A stretch of 64,000 nt of DNA. Source: an uncultured Clostridia bacterium. Lineage in GTDB: Bacteria > Bacillota > Clostridia > UMGS1883. This document shows, piece after piece, positions 10,357 through 20,403 of this stretch (its first letter is position 1; each line of letters opens with the position of its first letter). A program made the position numbers and the translations under genes. The notes under the pieces are model-generated. The model was given only the letters and a program-made list of their open reading frames with translations, was not told the DNA's origin and ran no database searches. Location of the stretch: NCBI GenBank assembly GCA_947629005.1, contig CANRCD010000007.1:17661-81660 (forward strand). The letters run 5' to 3'.

Positions 10357-10596
10357 TTACTGCCGGTCGTCGCTCTCCTCGGCGTCAACCTGAATCGGCT
10401 CCGTATATCCGTCGGGCGGAGAATCGGGCAAAATAAAGGCCACAATGAAGTAGGCCAATATGCCGGTTCCGAAGAAAAGCACGCAAACGGCCCAGATTAT
10501 GCGAACTATTGTAGGATCGATATTGAAATATTCGGCTATGCCGCCGCAGACTCCGAAAATTTTGCGGTCGGCGCGGGATTTATACAGTCTTTTCAT
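10357..10596 (-). CDS. pspC: PspC domain membrane protein
   Basis: KRLYKSRADRKIFGVCGGIAEYFNIDPTIVR. Confidence 0.9.
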   Translation of the reverse strand: MKRLYKSRADRKIFGVCGGIAEYFNIDPTIVRIIWAVCVLFFGTGILAYFIVAFILPDSPPDGYTEPIQVDAEESDDRQ

Positions 10597-10962
10597 ATTG
10601 AGACGCCCTTTCGCTGAGGTTTTGTTATAATTGCGCTTCGCCTTTCCGAGCCCAAAGGGCGGGGAAAATTACGGCGGCGCGTAAAATCGGCGTATAATAT
10701 AGCCATAATTATTATACCACTAAGCGGGGCTTTTGTCAAATTAATTGGCAAAATTACGCCGGCTAAGGCAAAAGATGTATAAATTCGCTCTGCGGGGGTA
10801 TTCGGACTTATACATTAAGGGAGCGCAGAGCCAATGCCCCCTGCGGGCGAAAAAAGGCAATACGGGACGGAAAAGGCAAAACTGACGGCGGGAAAGACGG
10901 CGGGGCGGAAAGAGGGCGGGCCAAGCGGAGCGATTGACGGACGGGGCTTTACCATGCCCAGC

Positions 10963-10990
10963 AAAAAAGGCCCGCACAGCGGGCCTTTTT
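10963..10990 (-). terminator. Intrinsic terminator of tuf / str operon
   Basis: AAAAAGGCCCGC-ACA-GCGGGCCTTTTT just after the tuf stop. Confidence 0.85.
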
Positions 10991-11005
10991 ATTTTATGCG
11001 GGAAC

Positions 11006-12208
11006 TTAGGCGTTAATGGAAGATACAACGCCGGAGCCAACGGTCCTGCCGCCCTCGCGGATAGCGAAGCGGAGACCTTCCTCGATGGCGATGGGGGTGA
11101 TAAGCTCAACGTCCATCTTTACGTTGTCGCCGGGCATGCACATCTCGGTGCCGGCGGGCAGGGAGATAACGCCGGTAACGTCGGTGGTTCTGAAATAGAA
11201 CTGAGGACGATAGTTGTTGAAGAAGGGGGTATGACGGCCACCCTCCTCCTTGGTCAGCACGTAAACCTGACCGGAGAACTTGGTGTGGGGATGAATGGAG
11301 CCGGGCTTGGCAAGAACCTGACCGCGCTCAATCTCGTTCCTCTGAACGCCGCGAAGCAGGGCGCCTATGTTATCGCCGGCCTCGGCGCTGTCGAGGAGCT
11401 TGCGGAACATCTCGATACCGGTAACTACAACCTTGCGGGCCTCGTCGGTAAGACCAACGATTTCAACCTCCTCGCTCATCTTGAGGGTGCCGCGCTCTAC
11501 ACGACCGGTGGCAACGGTGCCGCGGCCAGTGATGGAGAATACGTCCTCAACAGGCATAAGGAAGGGCGCGTCGGTGGGACGCTGAGGAGTGGGGATATAG
11601 CTGTCAACGGCGTCCATAAGGTCCAGAATGGGCTTATAAACGGGGTCGTTGATGTCGGTAGAGGTGCTCTCGAGAACCTCAAGGGCGGAGCCTACAATGA
11701 TGGGAATATCATCGCCGGGGAACTCGTACTCGGTGAGAAGGTCGCGAACCTCCATCTCAACGAGCTCGAGCAGCTCATCGTCGTCAACCTGATCTCTCTT
11801 GTTCAGGAAAACAACGATGTAGGGAACGCCAACCTGACGGGCAAGCAGGATGTGCTCGCGGGTCTGGGGCATAACGCCGTCGGCGGCGGAAACAACAAGG
11901 ATAGCGCCGTCCATCTGCGCAGCGCCGGTGATCATGTTCTTAACGTAGTCGGCGTGGCCGGGGCAGTCAACGTGAGCGTAGTGACGGTTATCGGTCTCGT
12001 ACTCAACGTGGGCGGTGGAGATTGTGATTCCGCGGGCCTTCTCCTCGGGAGCCTTGTCGATCTGGTCGTAGGCGGTGTAGTTGGCCTGACCCTTCATACC
12101 AAGAACCTTGGTGATGGCCGCGGTAAGAGAGGTCTTGCCATGGTCAACGTGACCGATGGTGCCGATGTTTACATGGGGCTTACTTCTTTCAAATTTTTCC
12201 TTTGCCAT
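11006..12208 (-). CDS. tuf: Elongation factor Tu
   Basis: [23 protein letters not shown]. Confidence 0.99.
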   Translation of the reverse strand: MAKEKFERSKPHVNIGTIGHVDHGKTSLTAAITKVLGMKGQANYTAYDQIDKAPEEKARGITISTAHVEYETDNRHYAHVDCPGHADYVKNMITGAAQMDGAILVVSAADGVMPQTREHILLARQVGVPYIVVFLNKRDQVDDDELLELVEMEVRDLLTEYEFPGDDIPIIVGSALEVLESTSTDINDPVYKPILDLMDAVDSYIPTPQRPTDAPFLMPVEDVFSITGRGTVATGRVERGTLKMSEEVEIVGLTDEARKVVVTGIEMFRKLLDSAEAGDNIGALLRGVQRNEIERGQVLAKPGSIHPHTKFSGQVYVLTKEEGGRHTPFFNNYRPQFYFRTTDVTGVISLPAGTEMCMPGDNVKMDVELITPIAIEEGLRFAIREGGRTVGSGVVSSINA

Positions 12209-12320
12209 TGTAAATTTGCCTCCTTTAGACTATTTTGATTTTTTTGTTAATTACATTATAAATGAAAACGAAATAAAAATCAATACTTTTTTTATAAATA
12301 TTGAAATTTATGGAGAGTCA

Positions 12321-14402
12321 TCAGTCCTTCTTGGCGCGGGCGCTGATGATATCGTCCATGATGTTCTTGGGAACGGCCTCGTAGTGGTCGGGCGTCATGG
12401 TATAGGCGCCGCGGCCCTGAGTTTTGCTGCGCAGGTCCGTGGCGTAGCCAAACATCTCGCTGAGGGGAACAAAGCTTGAAATCTGCTTGGTTCCGGCGAT
12501 GTCGTCCATGCCGAGGATACGGCCGCGGCGGGACGAAAGGTCGCCTATAACGTCGCCCATGTATTCCTCGGGCACGGTAACGTCAACCTTCATGATGGGC
12601 TCCTTAAGGATGGGGTCCGCCTTGCGGCAGCCTTCCTTGAAGGCCATGGAACCGGCTATCTTGAACGCCATTTCGGAGGAGTCAACCTCGTGATAGGAGC
12701 CGTCGAACAGCGTTACGCGGACGTCCACCACATTGTAGCCGGCAAGCACGCCGGACTGCATTGCGCCTTGGATACCGGCGTCAACCGCGGGAATATACTC
12801 CTTGGGTATAGCGCCGCCGACAATCTTGTTGACGAACTCGTAGCCCTGTCCGGGCTCGAGGGGCTCAAGCTCAATAAATACGTGGCCGTACTGGCCCTTA
12901 CCGCCGCTCTGACGGGCATACTTATGCTCGATCTTGACGGACTTCTGAATGGTCTCGCGGTAGGAAACCTGCGGCTTGCCGACGTTTGCCTCGACCTTGA
13001 ACTCACGCAGAAGCCTATCGACGATTATCTCAAGGTGAAGCTCGCCCATGCCGGCGATGATGGTCTGGCCGGTTTCCTCGTCGGTATAGGTCTTAAAAGT
13101 GGGATCCTCCTCGGCGAGCTTGGAGAGGGCTATGCCCATTTTCTCCTGACCGGCCTTGGTCTTGGGCTCGATAGCTACGCGGATAACGGGCTCGGGGAAC
13201 TCCATCTGCTCAAGAATGATGGGGTGTTTCTCGTCGCAGAGAGTGTCGCCGGTGGTGGTATTCTTAAGGCCGACGGCCGCAGCTATATCGCCGCTGTAAA
13301 CCTTTTCAAGATCCTCGCGCTTGTCGGCGTGCATCTGAAGAATACGGCCCAGACGCTCCTTATCGCCCTTGGAACTGTTCAAAACGTAGGAGCCGGTCTC
13401 GACGGTGCCGGAATATACCCTGAAGAACGCCAGCTTGCCGACAAAGGGGTCGGTCATTATCTTGAAGGCGAGGGCGCTGAAGGGCTCCTCGTCGCTGGAG
13501 TGGCGAACCTCCTCCTCCTCGGTGTCGGGGTTCACGCCGGTGATGGCGGGAACGTCGAGCGGGGAGGGCATATAGTCGATTATCGCGTCGAGCAGCTTCT
13601 GAACGCCCTTATTGCGGTAGGACGTTCCGCACACAACGGGCACCATTTCATTGGCGATGGTGCTCTTGCGTATGCAGGACTTAATCTCGTCAATGGTGAG
13701 CTCCTCGCCCTCGAGGTACTTCATCATAAGCTCCTCGTCCATTTCGGCTACGTGCTCCACCATGTCAGAGTGGTACTGCTCCGCCTTCTCGCGCATATCC
13801 TCGGGAATCTCCTCCTGACGGATATCCTTGCCGAGGTCGTCATAGTATACGTATGCCTTCATCTCAACAAGGTCAATTATGCCCTTGAAGGTGTCCTCCG
13901 CACCGATGGGAAGCTGAATGGGCACCGCGTTGCACTTGAGGCGGTCCTTCATCATCTGAACGACATTATAGAAATTGGCGCCCATGATGTCCATTTTATT
14001 GACATAAGCCATGCGGGGTACGTGGTACTTGTCCGCCTGACGCCACACGGTTTCGGACTGGGGCTCAACGCCGCCCTTCGCGCAGAATACCGTAACGCTG
14101 CCGTCGAGCACACGCAGCGAACGCTGAACCTCAACCGTGAAGTCAACGTGGCCGGGGGTGTCAATGATGTTTATTCTGTGGTTCTTCCAGAAGGCGGTGG
14201 TGGCCGCGGAGGTGATGGTTATGCCTCTCTCCTGCTCCTGCTCCATCCAGTCCATGGTAGCGGCGCCCTCGTGAACCTCGCCGATTTTATGCGTCTTTCC
14301 CGTGTAGAAAAGTATTCTTTCGGTCGTTGTCGTTTTACCGGCGTCAATGTGCGCCATGATGCCGATATTACGAGTTTTTTCCAAGCTGTAAGCTCTTGGC
14401 AT
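12321..14402 (-). CDS. fusA: Elongation factor G
   Basis: [23 protein letters not shown]. Confidence 0.99.
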   Translation of the reverse strand: MPRAYSLEKTRNIGIMAHIDAGKTTTTERILFYTGKTHKIGEVHEGAATMDWMEQEQERGITITSAATTAFWKNHRINIIDTPGHVDFTVEVQRSLRVLDGSVTVFCAKGGVEPQSETVWRQADKYHVPRMAYVNKMDIMGANFYNVVQMMKDRLKCNAVPIQLPIGAEDTFKGIIDLVEMKAYVYYDDLGKDIRQEEIPEDMREKAEQYHSDMVEHVAEMDEELMMKYLEGEELTIDEIKSCIRKSTIANEMVPVVCGTSYRNKGVQKLLDAIIDYMPSPLDVPAITGVNPDTEEEEVRHSSDEEPFSALAFKIMTDPFVGKLAFFRVYSGTVETGSYVLNSSKGDKERLGRILQMHADKREDLEKVYSGDIAAAVGLKNTTTGDTLCDEKHPIILEQMEFPEPVIRVAIEPKTKAGQEKMGIALSKLAEEDPTFKTYTDEETGQTIIAGMGELHLEIIVDRLLREFKVEANVGKPQVSYRETIQKSVKIEHKYARQSGGKGQYGHVFIELEPLEPGQGYEFVNKIVGGAIPKEYIPAVDAGIQGAMQSGVLAGYNVVDVRVTLFDGSYHEVDSSEMAFKIAGSMAFKEGCRKADPILKEPIMKVDVTVPEEYMGDVIGDLSSRRGRILGMDDIAGTKQISSFVPLSEMFGYATDLRSKTQGRGAYTMTPDHYEAVPKNIMDDIISARAKKD

Positions 14403-14447
14403 TAATATCCTCCTTTCCCTGATAATGGGGAACTTGGTTTATAAGGA

Positions 14448-14918
14448 CTACCAGCGGTAGTGGGCGAAGGCCTTGTTGGCCTCGGCCATCTTGTGGGTAT
14501 CCTCACGCTTTTTGACGGCGCCGCCCATATTGTTGACGGCGTCGAGTATTTCGCCGGCCAGACGCTCGCGCATGGTTCTTTCGCTGCGGGCGCGGCTGTA
14601 TGTTGTGAGCCAGCGAAGGCCGAGGGTTTGACGGCGGGCGGGTCGAACCTCCATGGGAACCTGATAGGTTGCGCCGCCGACACGTCTTGCCTTGACCTCA
14701 AGCACGGGCATAATGTTGTCCATGGCGGCGCGGAACACCTCAAGGGGATCCTTGCCGGACTTTTCGCGGACAATGTCAAACGCACCGTACACAATCTTCT
14801 GCGCGACACCCTTCTTGCCGTCGAGCATAATGCTGTTTACAAGACGGGTAACGACCTTGTCGTTATACACGGGATCGGGCAGAACGTCACGCTTGGGAAC
14901 AAAACCTCTTCTTGGCAC
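14448..14918 (-). CDS. rpsG: 30S ribosomal protein S7
   Basis: GTG start after GGAGG; [25 protein letters not shown]. Confidence 0.98.
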   Translation of the reverse strand: MPRRGFVPKRDVLPDPVYNDKVVTRLVNSIMLDGKKGVAQKIVYGAFDIVREKSGKDPLEVFRAAMDNIMPVLEVKARRVGGATYQVPMEVRPARRQTLGLRWLTTYSRARSERTMRERLAGEILDAVNNMGGAVKKREDTHKMAEANKAFAHYRW

Positions 14919-15043
14919 TTGTCTTCCCTCCTTCATTAAAAATTGATGAATTCACAGGTACTCTGCCCCATAAGGGGCCGTCAGTGCAACGACAAATATA
15001 TATAATCCGCAGTCGCACTATTTTCCGCTTCCTGCGGGGAAAA

Positions 15044-15457
15044 TTACTTTTTGGGCTTCTTGGCGCCGTACTTGCTGCGGGCCTGCATTCTCTTCGCAAC
15101 GCCGGCTGCGTCAAGGGTGCCGCGGATAATGTGATACCTTACGCCGGGCAGATCCTTAACTCTTCCCCCGCGGATGAGAACAACGCTGTGCTCCTGAAGG
15201 TTATGGCCTTCGCCGGGGATGTAGCTCGTCACCTCAATGCCGTTGGAAAGGCGCACTCTGGCAATCTTGCGAAGCGCGGAATTCGGCTTCTTGGGGGTCT
15301 GGGTCTTAACATTCGTGCAGACGCCTCTCTTTTGAGGAGAGCTTTGGTCCGTAGGCGCCTTCTTGAGGGAGTTGAGTCCCTTCTGAAGCGCGGGGGCGTT
15401 TGATTTTACAACGCCGGTTTCCCTTCCCTTTCTGACAAGCTGGTTAAATGTGGGCAT
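15044..15457 (-). CDS. rpsL: 30S ribosomal protein S12
   Basis: [23 protein letters not shown]. Confidence 0.99.
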   Translation of the reverse strand: MPTFNQLVRKGRETGVVKSNAPALQKGLNSLKKAPTDQSSPQKRGVCTNVKTQTPKKPNSALRKIARVRLSNGIEVTSYIPGEGHNLQEHSVVLIRGGRVKDLPGVRYHIIRGTLDAAGVAKRMQARSKYGAKKPKK

Positions 15458-15510
15458 GATTTCACCTCCGATTATAACGTATGCGGCCTCGCGGCCTACA
15501 CCAATTCCGT

Positions 15511-15539
15511 ATTATATCAACATTTTCAAATTATGTCAA
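15511..15539 (-). promoter_or_regulatory. sigma-A promoter of the str operon
   Basis: TTGACA-17bp-TATAAT on the minus strand. Confidence 0.8.
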
Positions 15540-15662
15540 GACTTTTTGGAAAAAAACATTAAAAATTTTTAGTGAATATTACCGATTTTTTTGTGTATTC
15601 TGCAAAGGAAATGAGGAACGCGGAATGCAAGATTTTCACCATTCTTCGTTCCGCGGTTTCCC

Positions 15663-15926
15663 CTACTTAGACGCGGTCATGGCGTCGTTATTACGGCCGC
15701 AGCTCGGGCAGCGGGGAAAATCGCAGTCGTAGACGGCTCCGCACTCGCACTTCACCTTGGATATGCCTGAGGTCTCGGCGGCAAAAAACTCGAGCTTGCC
15801 GCACTTGGGGCAGGAATAGACCTCAACCTCGACCGCAGGCTCGGACGCGGGCCTGCCGAATCGGAAACCTTCAGAGCCGAGAAAGTTAAGCCTTTCGCTG
15901 CATCTTGGACAATGGATCTTCTTCAT
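15663..15926 (-). CDS. Small double zinc-ribbon protein
   Basis: CPRC, CPKC, CEC and CPSC motifs; GGAGGAG RBS; overlaps upstream gene by 4 nt. Confidence 0.7.
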   Translation of the reverse strand: MKKIHCPRCSERLNFLGSEGFRFGRPASEPAVEVEVYSCPKCGKLEFFAAETSGISKVKCECGAVYDCDFPRCPSCGRNNDAMTASK

Positions 15927-16348
15927 TGTAATTTCTCCTCCTGTTTATTCATTAGCTGTTTCAGTCTGTTATCGGGGTAAAAATCGTAGGCGCGGCCATC
16001 GAAGAAAAGCTTGTTCCCTCTGACCTGTGCCTTTGAAATATCTATCCACGCGGTCTCCCACGAAAGGAGGCCGTAGCGCGTAACATAAACCAGTATTCCT
16101 CCGTCGGTCAGGACGTATTCCACCTTAAACACGCCCTTTTTCAGCACGCGGTTAAGCGCGGCGGCCGTAAGCGCAACGGCGGCTATCTGGAAAAACGCCG
16201 CGTATGGCAGCGGCGAAAGCAGACGCAGCGCCAGCGCGCAGAGAGCGGCGAGCAAAAGCACGGCGGCAAAGCTTGCCATGGGTTTGGCCGGAAGCAGGGC
16301 CGCGCCCCTGTAGACCGAGGTTTTATCCTTTAAAAAATCGTCCCTCAC
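15923..16348 (-). CDS. Hypothetical membrane protein
   Basis: Two hydrophobic segments; tightly packed in operon. Confidence 0.6.
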   Translation of the reverse strand: MRDDFLKDKTSVYRGAALLPAKPMASFAAVLLLAALCALALRLLSPLPYAAFFQIAAVALTAAALNRVLKKGVFKVEYVLTDGGILVYVTRYGLLSWETAWIDISKAQVRGNKLFFDGRAYDFYPDNRLKQLMNKQEEKLQ

Positions 16349-16349
16349 G

Positions 16350-17525
16350 TCACTTCTCCGAGGCGGCCCCCGTGGCGAAGGCGGTCTCCTTCACCGCGGC
16401 GGCAACGGCGGCGGCCACGCGGGCGTCCAGCGCGGCGGGCAAGATATAATCGGCACACAGCTCGGCTTCGGGCACAAGACCCGCGATGGCCTTAGCGGCG
16501 GCGATTTTCATTTCGTCGTTTATCTCGCGGGCGCGGGCGTCGAGAGCTCCGCGGAACACGCCCGGGAAGGCGAGGACATTGTTTATCTGATTGGGAAAGT
16601 CGCTGCGGCCGGTGCCTACGACGAAGGCCCCCGCCTCCTTCGCGGCGTCGGGCATTATCTCGGGCTCGGGATTGGCCATGGCGAAAATTATCGGCTTATC
16701 CGCCATGGAGCGCACCATTTCGGGCTTAAGCACGCCCTTCGCGCTGACGCCCACAAACAGGTCGGCCCCCTTAACGGCATCGGCAAGCGTTCCCTTGAGG
16801 TTTTCGGGGTTAGTATCCTCGGCAAGGGACGCGAGGGCCGAATCCATGCCCGAACGGCCTCGGTAAACAATGCCGTCGATATCGGTCATTATCACGTTTT
16901 TGAGGCCGCTCTTCATCAGCAGCCGACAGATAGCCGCGCCAGCGGCCCCTGCCCCGCTGAACACGGCCTTTATCTCCCCTATCCGCTTGCCGACAAGCTT
17001 GAGCGCGTTCATCACGGCGGCGAGCACGATTATCGCCGTGCCGTGCTGGTCGTCATGGAAAACGGGGATGGACAGCTCCTCCTTTAGCCGACGCTCTATC
17101 TCGAAGCAGCGCGGGGCGGATATGTCCTCGAGGTTTATGCCGCCGAACACGGGTTCGAGGTATTTGACGGTACGGACTATCTCGTCCGCGTCCTTCGTGG
17201 CAAGGCATATCGGGAAGGCGTCTACGCCGCCGAATTCCTTGAACAGTATGCACTTGCCCTCCATGACGGGTATGGCGGCGTGAGGGCCTATGTCGCCGAG
17301 GCCAAGCACCGCCGTGCCGTCGCTGATAACGGCCACAAGGTTATGCTTGCGGGTGTAGTCGTAGACGGAGGCGGGGTTTTTATATATCTCCCGACAGGGC
17401 TCCGCTACGCCCGGGGTGTAGGCCGTGGAAAGGTCGTCCCGCGTTTTGAGGGGGACGGCGCTTATTACCTCAATTTTGCCCCCGTGCTCCTTGTGGAGCC
17501 TGAGAGCGGCTTCTCCATAGTTCAT
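16350..17525 (-). CDS. NAD(P)-dependent malic enzyme
   Basis: AYTPGVAEPC, SDGTAVLGLGDIG, INLEDI, DDQHGTA and GRSDFPNQINN motifs. Confidence 0.95.
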   Translation of the reverse strand: MNYGEAALRLHKEHGGKIEVISAVPLKTRDDLSTAYTPGVAEPCREIYKNPASVYDYTRKHNLVAVISDGTAVLGLGDIGPHAAIPVMEGKCILFKEFGGVDAFPICLATKDADEIVRTVKYLEPVFGGINLEDISAPRCFEIERRLKEELSIPVFHDDQHGTAIIVLAAVMNALKLVGKRIGEIKAVFSGAGAAGAAICRLLMKSGLKNVIMTDIDGIVYRGRSGMDSALASLAEDTNPENLKGTLADAVKGADLFVGVSAKGVLKPEMVRSMADKPIIFAMANPEPEIMPDAAKEAGAFVVGTGRSDFPNQINNVLAFPGVFRGALDARAREINDEMKIAAAKAIAGLVPEAELCADYILPAALDARVAAAVAAAVKETAFATGAASEK

Positions 17526-18301
17526 TGCGATTTTCCTTTCTGCATCTTATATATCTCGTAAAGACCGTCCAGCGTGAGCATACCGTCAATCACGTCAATG
17601 CTTTTCGCCTCGCGGCTTATCATGGCCGCAAGGCCGCCGGTGGCTATGACCTTCGCCTGCGGACAGTTCATCTCCGCCTTCATAAGCGAAACGATATAAT
17701 CAACCTGACCGGCGTAGCCGTGGAGCACGCCGGCCTGCATACTCTCAACTGTGGTGCGGCCGATGATACGGTCGGTGGGAGCGAGCTCTATCCTCGGGAG
17801 CTTGGCGGTCCGCGAGAAAAGCGCCTCCACGCTTATTTTTATGCCGGGACTTATCGCGCCGCCGAGATAGCGGCCCTTTTCATCAATGGCGCAGAAGGTG
17901 GTGGCGGTGCCAAAGTCCACGACTATGGCGGGAGGGGCGTACTTCCTGAGCACGGCCACGGCGTTGACAAGCCTGTCCGCCCCGAGCTCGCGCGGGTTCT
18001 CGTAAAGTATCTCCATGCCGAGGTCCATCTCGTTGGTGACGACGATGGGCGTGCGGCCAAGATAGTCCTTGACGGCCCTCTCCAAAGAATACATGACGGG
18101 CGGAACGACGGAGCTGATGATGACGTCGTCCACGTCCTCCTTTTTTATGCCGCGGTGATTCAAAAGCTGAATGAACAGCAGGCCGTATTCGTCGCGGCTC
18201 TTTTCGGCCGAGGTCGTTATGCGGAAGTGAAAAAGGCGCCTTCCGCCGTCGTACACGCCCATGACTATGTTGGTGTTGCCGACGTCTATCGCTACTAACA
18301 T
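17522..18301 (-). CDS. coaX: Type III pantothenate kinase
   Basis: IDVGNTN, LGADR and VDFGTATT motifs. Confidence 0.95.
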   Translation of the reverse strand: MLVAIDVGNTNIVMGVYDGGRRLFHFRITTSAEKSRDEYGLLFIQLLNHRGIKKEDVDDVIISSVVPPVMYSLERAVKDYLGRTPIVVTNEMDLGMEILYENPRELGADRLVNAVAVLRKYAPPAIVVDFGTATTFCAIDEKGRYLGGAISPGIKISVEALFSRTAKLPRIELAPTDRIIGRTTVESMQAGVLHGYAGQVDYIVSLMKAEMNCPQAKVIATGGLAAMISREAKSIDVIDGMLTLDGLYEIYKMQKGKSQ

Positions 18302-18320
18302 TACATTTCTCCTTTATCCG

Positions 18321-18797
18321 CTATATTATCCAATCCACGACAACTGAGCCGCAGCTTCCGTCCTCGATTTCAAGCACCCCGAACGTCGGCGCGCCCATGC
18401 GCGGGCGGGAGCAGCTCCCGGGGTTAAAGACGAGTATGCCTTTTTCACGCCTGTCGTCGGGGCGGTGAGTATGGCCGTAAAGCGCGGCTTGGCAGCCCCG
18501 ACTCTCGGCGGCCAAAACAAGGCCCTCCGTACCGCGGCTGACGCCCCGCGTGTGGCCATGGCAGATGAAAATGCGCGCGCCGCCGAGCTCGATAACGCTC
18601 TCCGTCGGGCGCGGAGCTCCGAAATCGTTATTGCCAAGCACGGCGTACACCGGCAGGCCGCAGGTTTTCTCAAGATAACGGACGTCGCGCTCAATATCGC
18701 CGAGGTGAATTACGGCCTCGGCCCCGCCGACGGCGGCCAGCGCCTTATCCATTGGGCGGACGTCGCCGTGGCTGTCGGAAAAAACTATTACGCGCAT
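18321..18797 (-). CDS. YfcE-family metallophosphoesterase
   Basis: SDSHG, HLGD, GNND, GHTH and NPGS motifs; GGAGG RBS before ATG 18797. Confidence 0.9.
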   Translation of the reverse strand: MRVIVFSDSHGDVRPMDKALAAVGGAEAVIHLGDIERDVRYLEKTCGLPVYAVLGNNDFGAPRPTESVIELGGARIFICHGHTRGVSRGTEGLVLAAESRGCQAALYGHTHRPDDRREKGILVFNPGSCSRPRMGAPTFGVLEIEDGSCGSVVVDWII

Positions 18798-18927
18798 AGG
18801 CACCTCCGTTCGGGCCGAAATTTTGCATTTTGTATTCTTCATTATATCACAAATTTTCCCTTGTGTCAATATTTTCCGCGCGGCATAATATGTGTTAAGA
18901 CTATTTGGAAACGGAAGGTAGACAGTT

Positions 18928-19170
18928 ATGCAGCAAAATATAGTTTCAATGCTTAAAAATATGAGCCCAAAGGAGCTTAACGAGGCCGTGGCCAAGGCCA
19001 AAGCCTTCGCCGCCACCGCGGAAGGAAAGGAAATGGTTAAAAGGCTCCAAAGCGGAAAGCCCATCGAAGGGCTTCCCGTAACCACAGACGAGCAAAACAA
19101 AATTATCGCAGAGTTGACGAAAAATCCCCAAATCGCCAAGCAGCTTGCCGCTATAATAGGAAAGAAGTGA
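18928..19170 (+). CDS. Small hypothetical protein
   Basis: RBS GGAAGG; helical 80 aa; first of three small co-oriented genes. Confidence 0.6.
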   Translation: MQQNIVSMLKNMSPKELNEAVAKAKAFAATAEGKEMVKRLQSGKPIEGLPVTTDEQNKIIAELTKNPQIAKQLAAIIGKK

Positions 19171-19177
19171 TTTCGCT

Positions 19178-19540
19178 ATGAATCTGGAGGAGCAGATTTC
19201 CTCGGTACTGAGCGACCCCGAGGCAATGAGCAAAATATCCTCGATAGTAAGCGCTCTTGGAGGGGGCGGGGCCTCCCCCGCTCCCCAGAGCGCCCCGCAG
19301 GCCCAGCAGCAACCGCAGCAACCGCAGCCCCCAAGCCCGACCCCTCAGCCGCAGCCGACCCTTCCCGCCGGACTGCAAAATCTGAACCTGCCCGACCTCG
19401 GCAATGACAACCGTACCCGCCTTTTGATGGCGGTGAAGCCCTTTCTCAGCGAAAAGCGAGCCCCCTACGTGGACGGCGCGGTGGCCCTGCTGCGCATGAT
19501 GCAGCTCGGCAAGCTGGGCAAGGACATGAAGCTGTTTTAA
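19178..19540 (+). CDS. Hypothetical protein with Pro/Gln linker (clostridial, possibly sporulation-related)
   Basis: LSDPEAMSKI..PQ-rich..RTRLLMAVKPFLS pattern. Confidence 0.65.
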   Translation: MNLEEQISSVLSDPEAMSKISSIVSALGGGGASPAPQSAPQAQQQPQQPQPPSPTPQPQPTLPAGLQNLNLPDLGNDNRTRLLMAVKPFLSEKRAPYVDGAVALLRMMQLGKLGKDMKLF

Positions 19541-19549
19541 AGGCGCGCC

Positions 19550-19765
19550 ATGCGGAGCAGAAGCATGACGCCCTTCCTGCCATCAACGGGGCGCGGCGCG
19601 GCGGGCGGGGCCGCGCAGGAGCCGACGTCCCTGATAAAAAAGATAAGCGAGCTCAAAACCGACGATTACATCCTGCTGGGGATAATAGCCGTGCTGTTTT
19701 TTGAGGGCAGCGACGACTATATCATGATGGCGGCGCTGGGGTATTTGTTTTTAATGGGACTGTAG
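19550..19765 (+). CDS. Small hypothetical membrane protein
   Basis: C-terminal DDYILLGIIAVLFFEG.DD hydrophobic hairpin. Confidence 0.55.
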   Translation: MRSRSMTPFLPSTGRGAAGGAAQEPTSLIKKISELKTDDYILLGIIAVLFFEGSDDYIMMAALGYLFLMGL

Positions 19766-19768
19766 GAA

Positions 19769-19879
19769 CGTAAAAAAACACGCGCAGACCGTTAAAGAGA
19801 TGAAGCCCTCGTTTCAAGGCAATTTCGGGTATTATAAACGGGAATGATATTGAAAATCCGCTCGGCCGAGCGGATTTTT
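19769..19879. repeat. Intergenic repeat element, copy 2, ending in a terminator hairpin just upstream of the phage-like operon
   Basis: CGTAAAAAAACACGCGCAGACCGTTAAAG plus GAAAATCCGCTC-GGCC-GAGCGGATTTTT (19852-19879). Confidence 0.65.
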
Positions 19880-20000
19880 GCCCGTTCTGACGCGATTTTC
19901 TCTGCCGGCCACTGCGCCTCCGCGCTACAGGGCGAGTTTTATTACAGCTTCATTAATTCTTTTTCCCGCAATAATTTTTTGCTCTTTACGCAAAAAATTA

Positions 20001-20029
20001 TTGACACGGGACTTTTGGGGTGGTATATT
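20001..20029 (+). promoter_or_regulatory. sigma-A promoter of the phage-like operon
   Basis: TTGACA (20001-6), 17 bp, TATATT (20024-9) with an extended TG. Confidence 0.8.
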
Positions 20030-20041
20030 ATACCCATAAAG

Positions 20042-20055
20042 CGAACAAATGTTCG
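20042..20055. promoter_or_regulatory. LexA/SOS box (Bacillota Cheo box)
   Basis: CGAACAAATGTTCG fits CGAAC-N4-GTTCG; begins 13 bp after the -10 element. Confidence 0.85.
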
Positions 20056-20103
20056 TATTTCGAGGCTCGGTACACATTTACGAAGGACAAGCACGCGGGA
20101 GGC

Positions 20104-20403
20104 ATGAAAGTGACAAAAAGGAAAAACGAAGGAGCGGTAAAATTCTGCATAGTGTGCGGGAAAAAGATACCCGAGAGCAGCAACCGTCACAAAATATGCG
20201 GGGAACGCTGCCGTCTTAAGCGGCGATACCTTGCGCGGCGCGGTCAGGCCGCGCCATACGAGTACGCGACGGAGCCGCCGATAGCGGCATACTCGCTGGG
20301 AGAGCTTCAGCGTCGGGCGCGCGAGGCCGGACTAAGCTACGGGCAGTACATGAGCAAGCTGCACGCCGGAGGGCTCAGCCTGCACGGGAGGAGCGCGACT
20401 TGA
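20104..20403 (+). CDS. Small Cys4 zinc-finger protein, phage-associated (start may be GTG 20110)
   Basis: CIVC..C...C; C-terminal AREAGLSYGQYM; GGAGG RBS. Confidence 0.65.
   Translation: MKVTKRKNEGAVKFCIVCGKKIPESSNRHKICGERCRLKRRYLARRGQAAPYEYATEPPIAAYSLGELQRRAREAGLSYGQYMSKLHAGGLSLHGRSAT

Noticed and set aside
15044-15457. Streptomycin-resistance allele of rpsL
   Set aside because: The PKKPNS and RVKDLPG lysines are wild type.
19280-19365. CAG/CCG-rich quasi-repeats
   Set aside because: They encode a Pro/Gln linker; not a CRISPR array or VNTR. No CRISPR array was seen anywhere in the window.
19550-19765. Possible holin for the phage-like operon
   Set aside because: It lies upstream of the terminator and the SOS promoter, belongs to a different transcription unit and has no adjacent endolysin.
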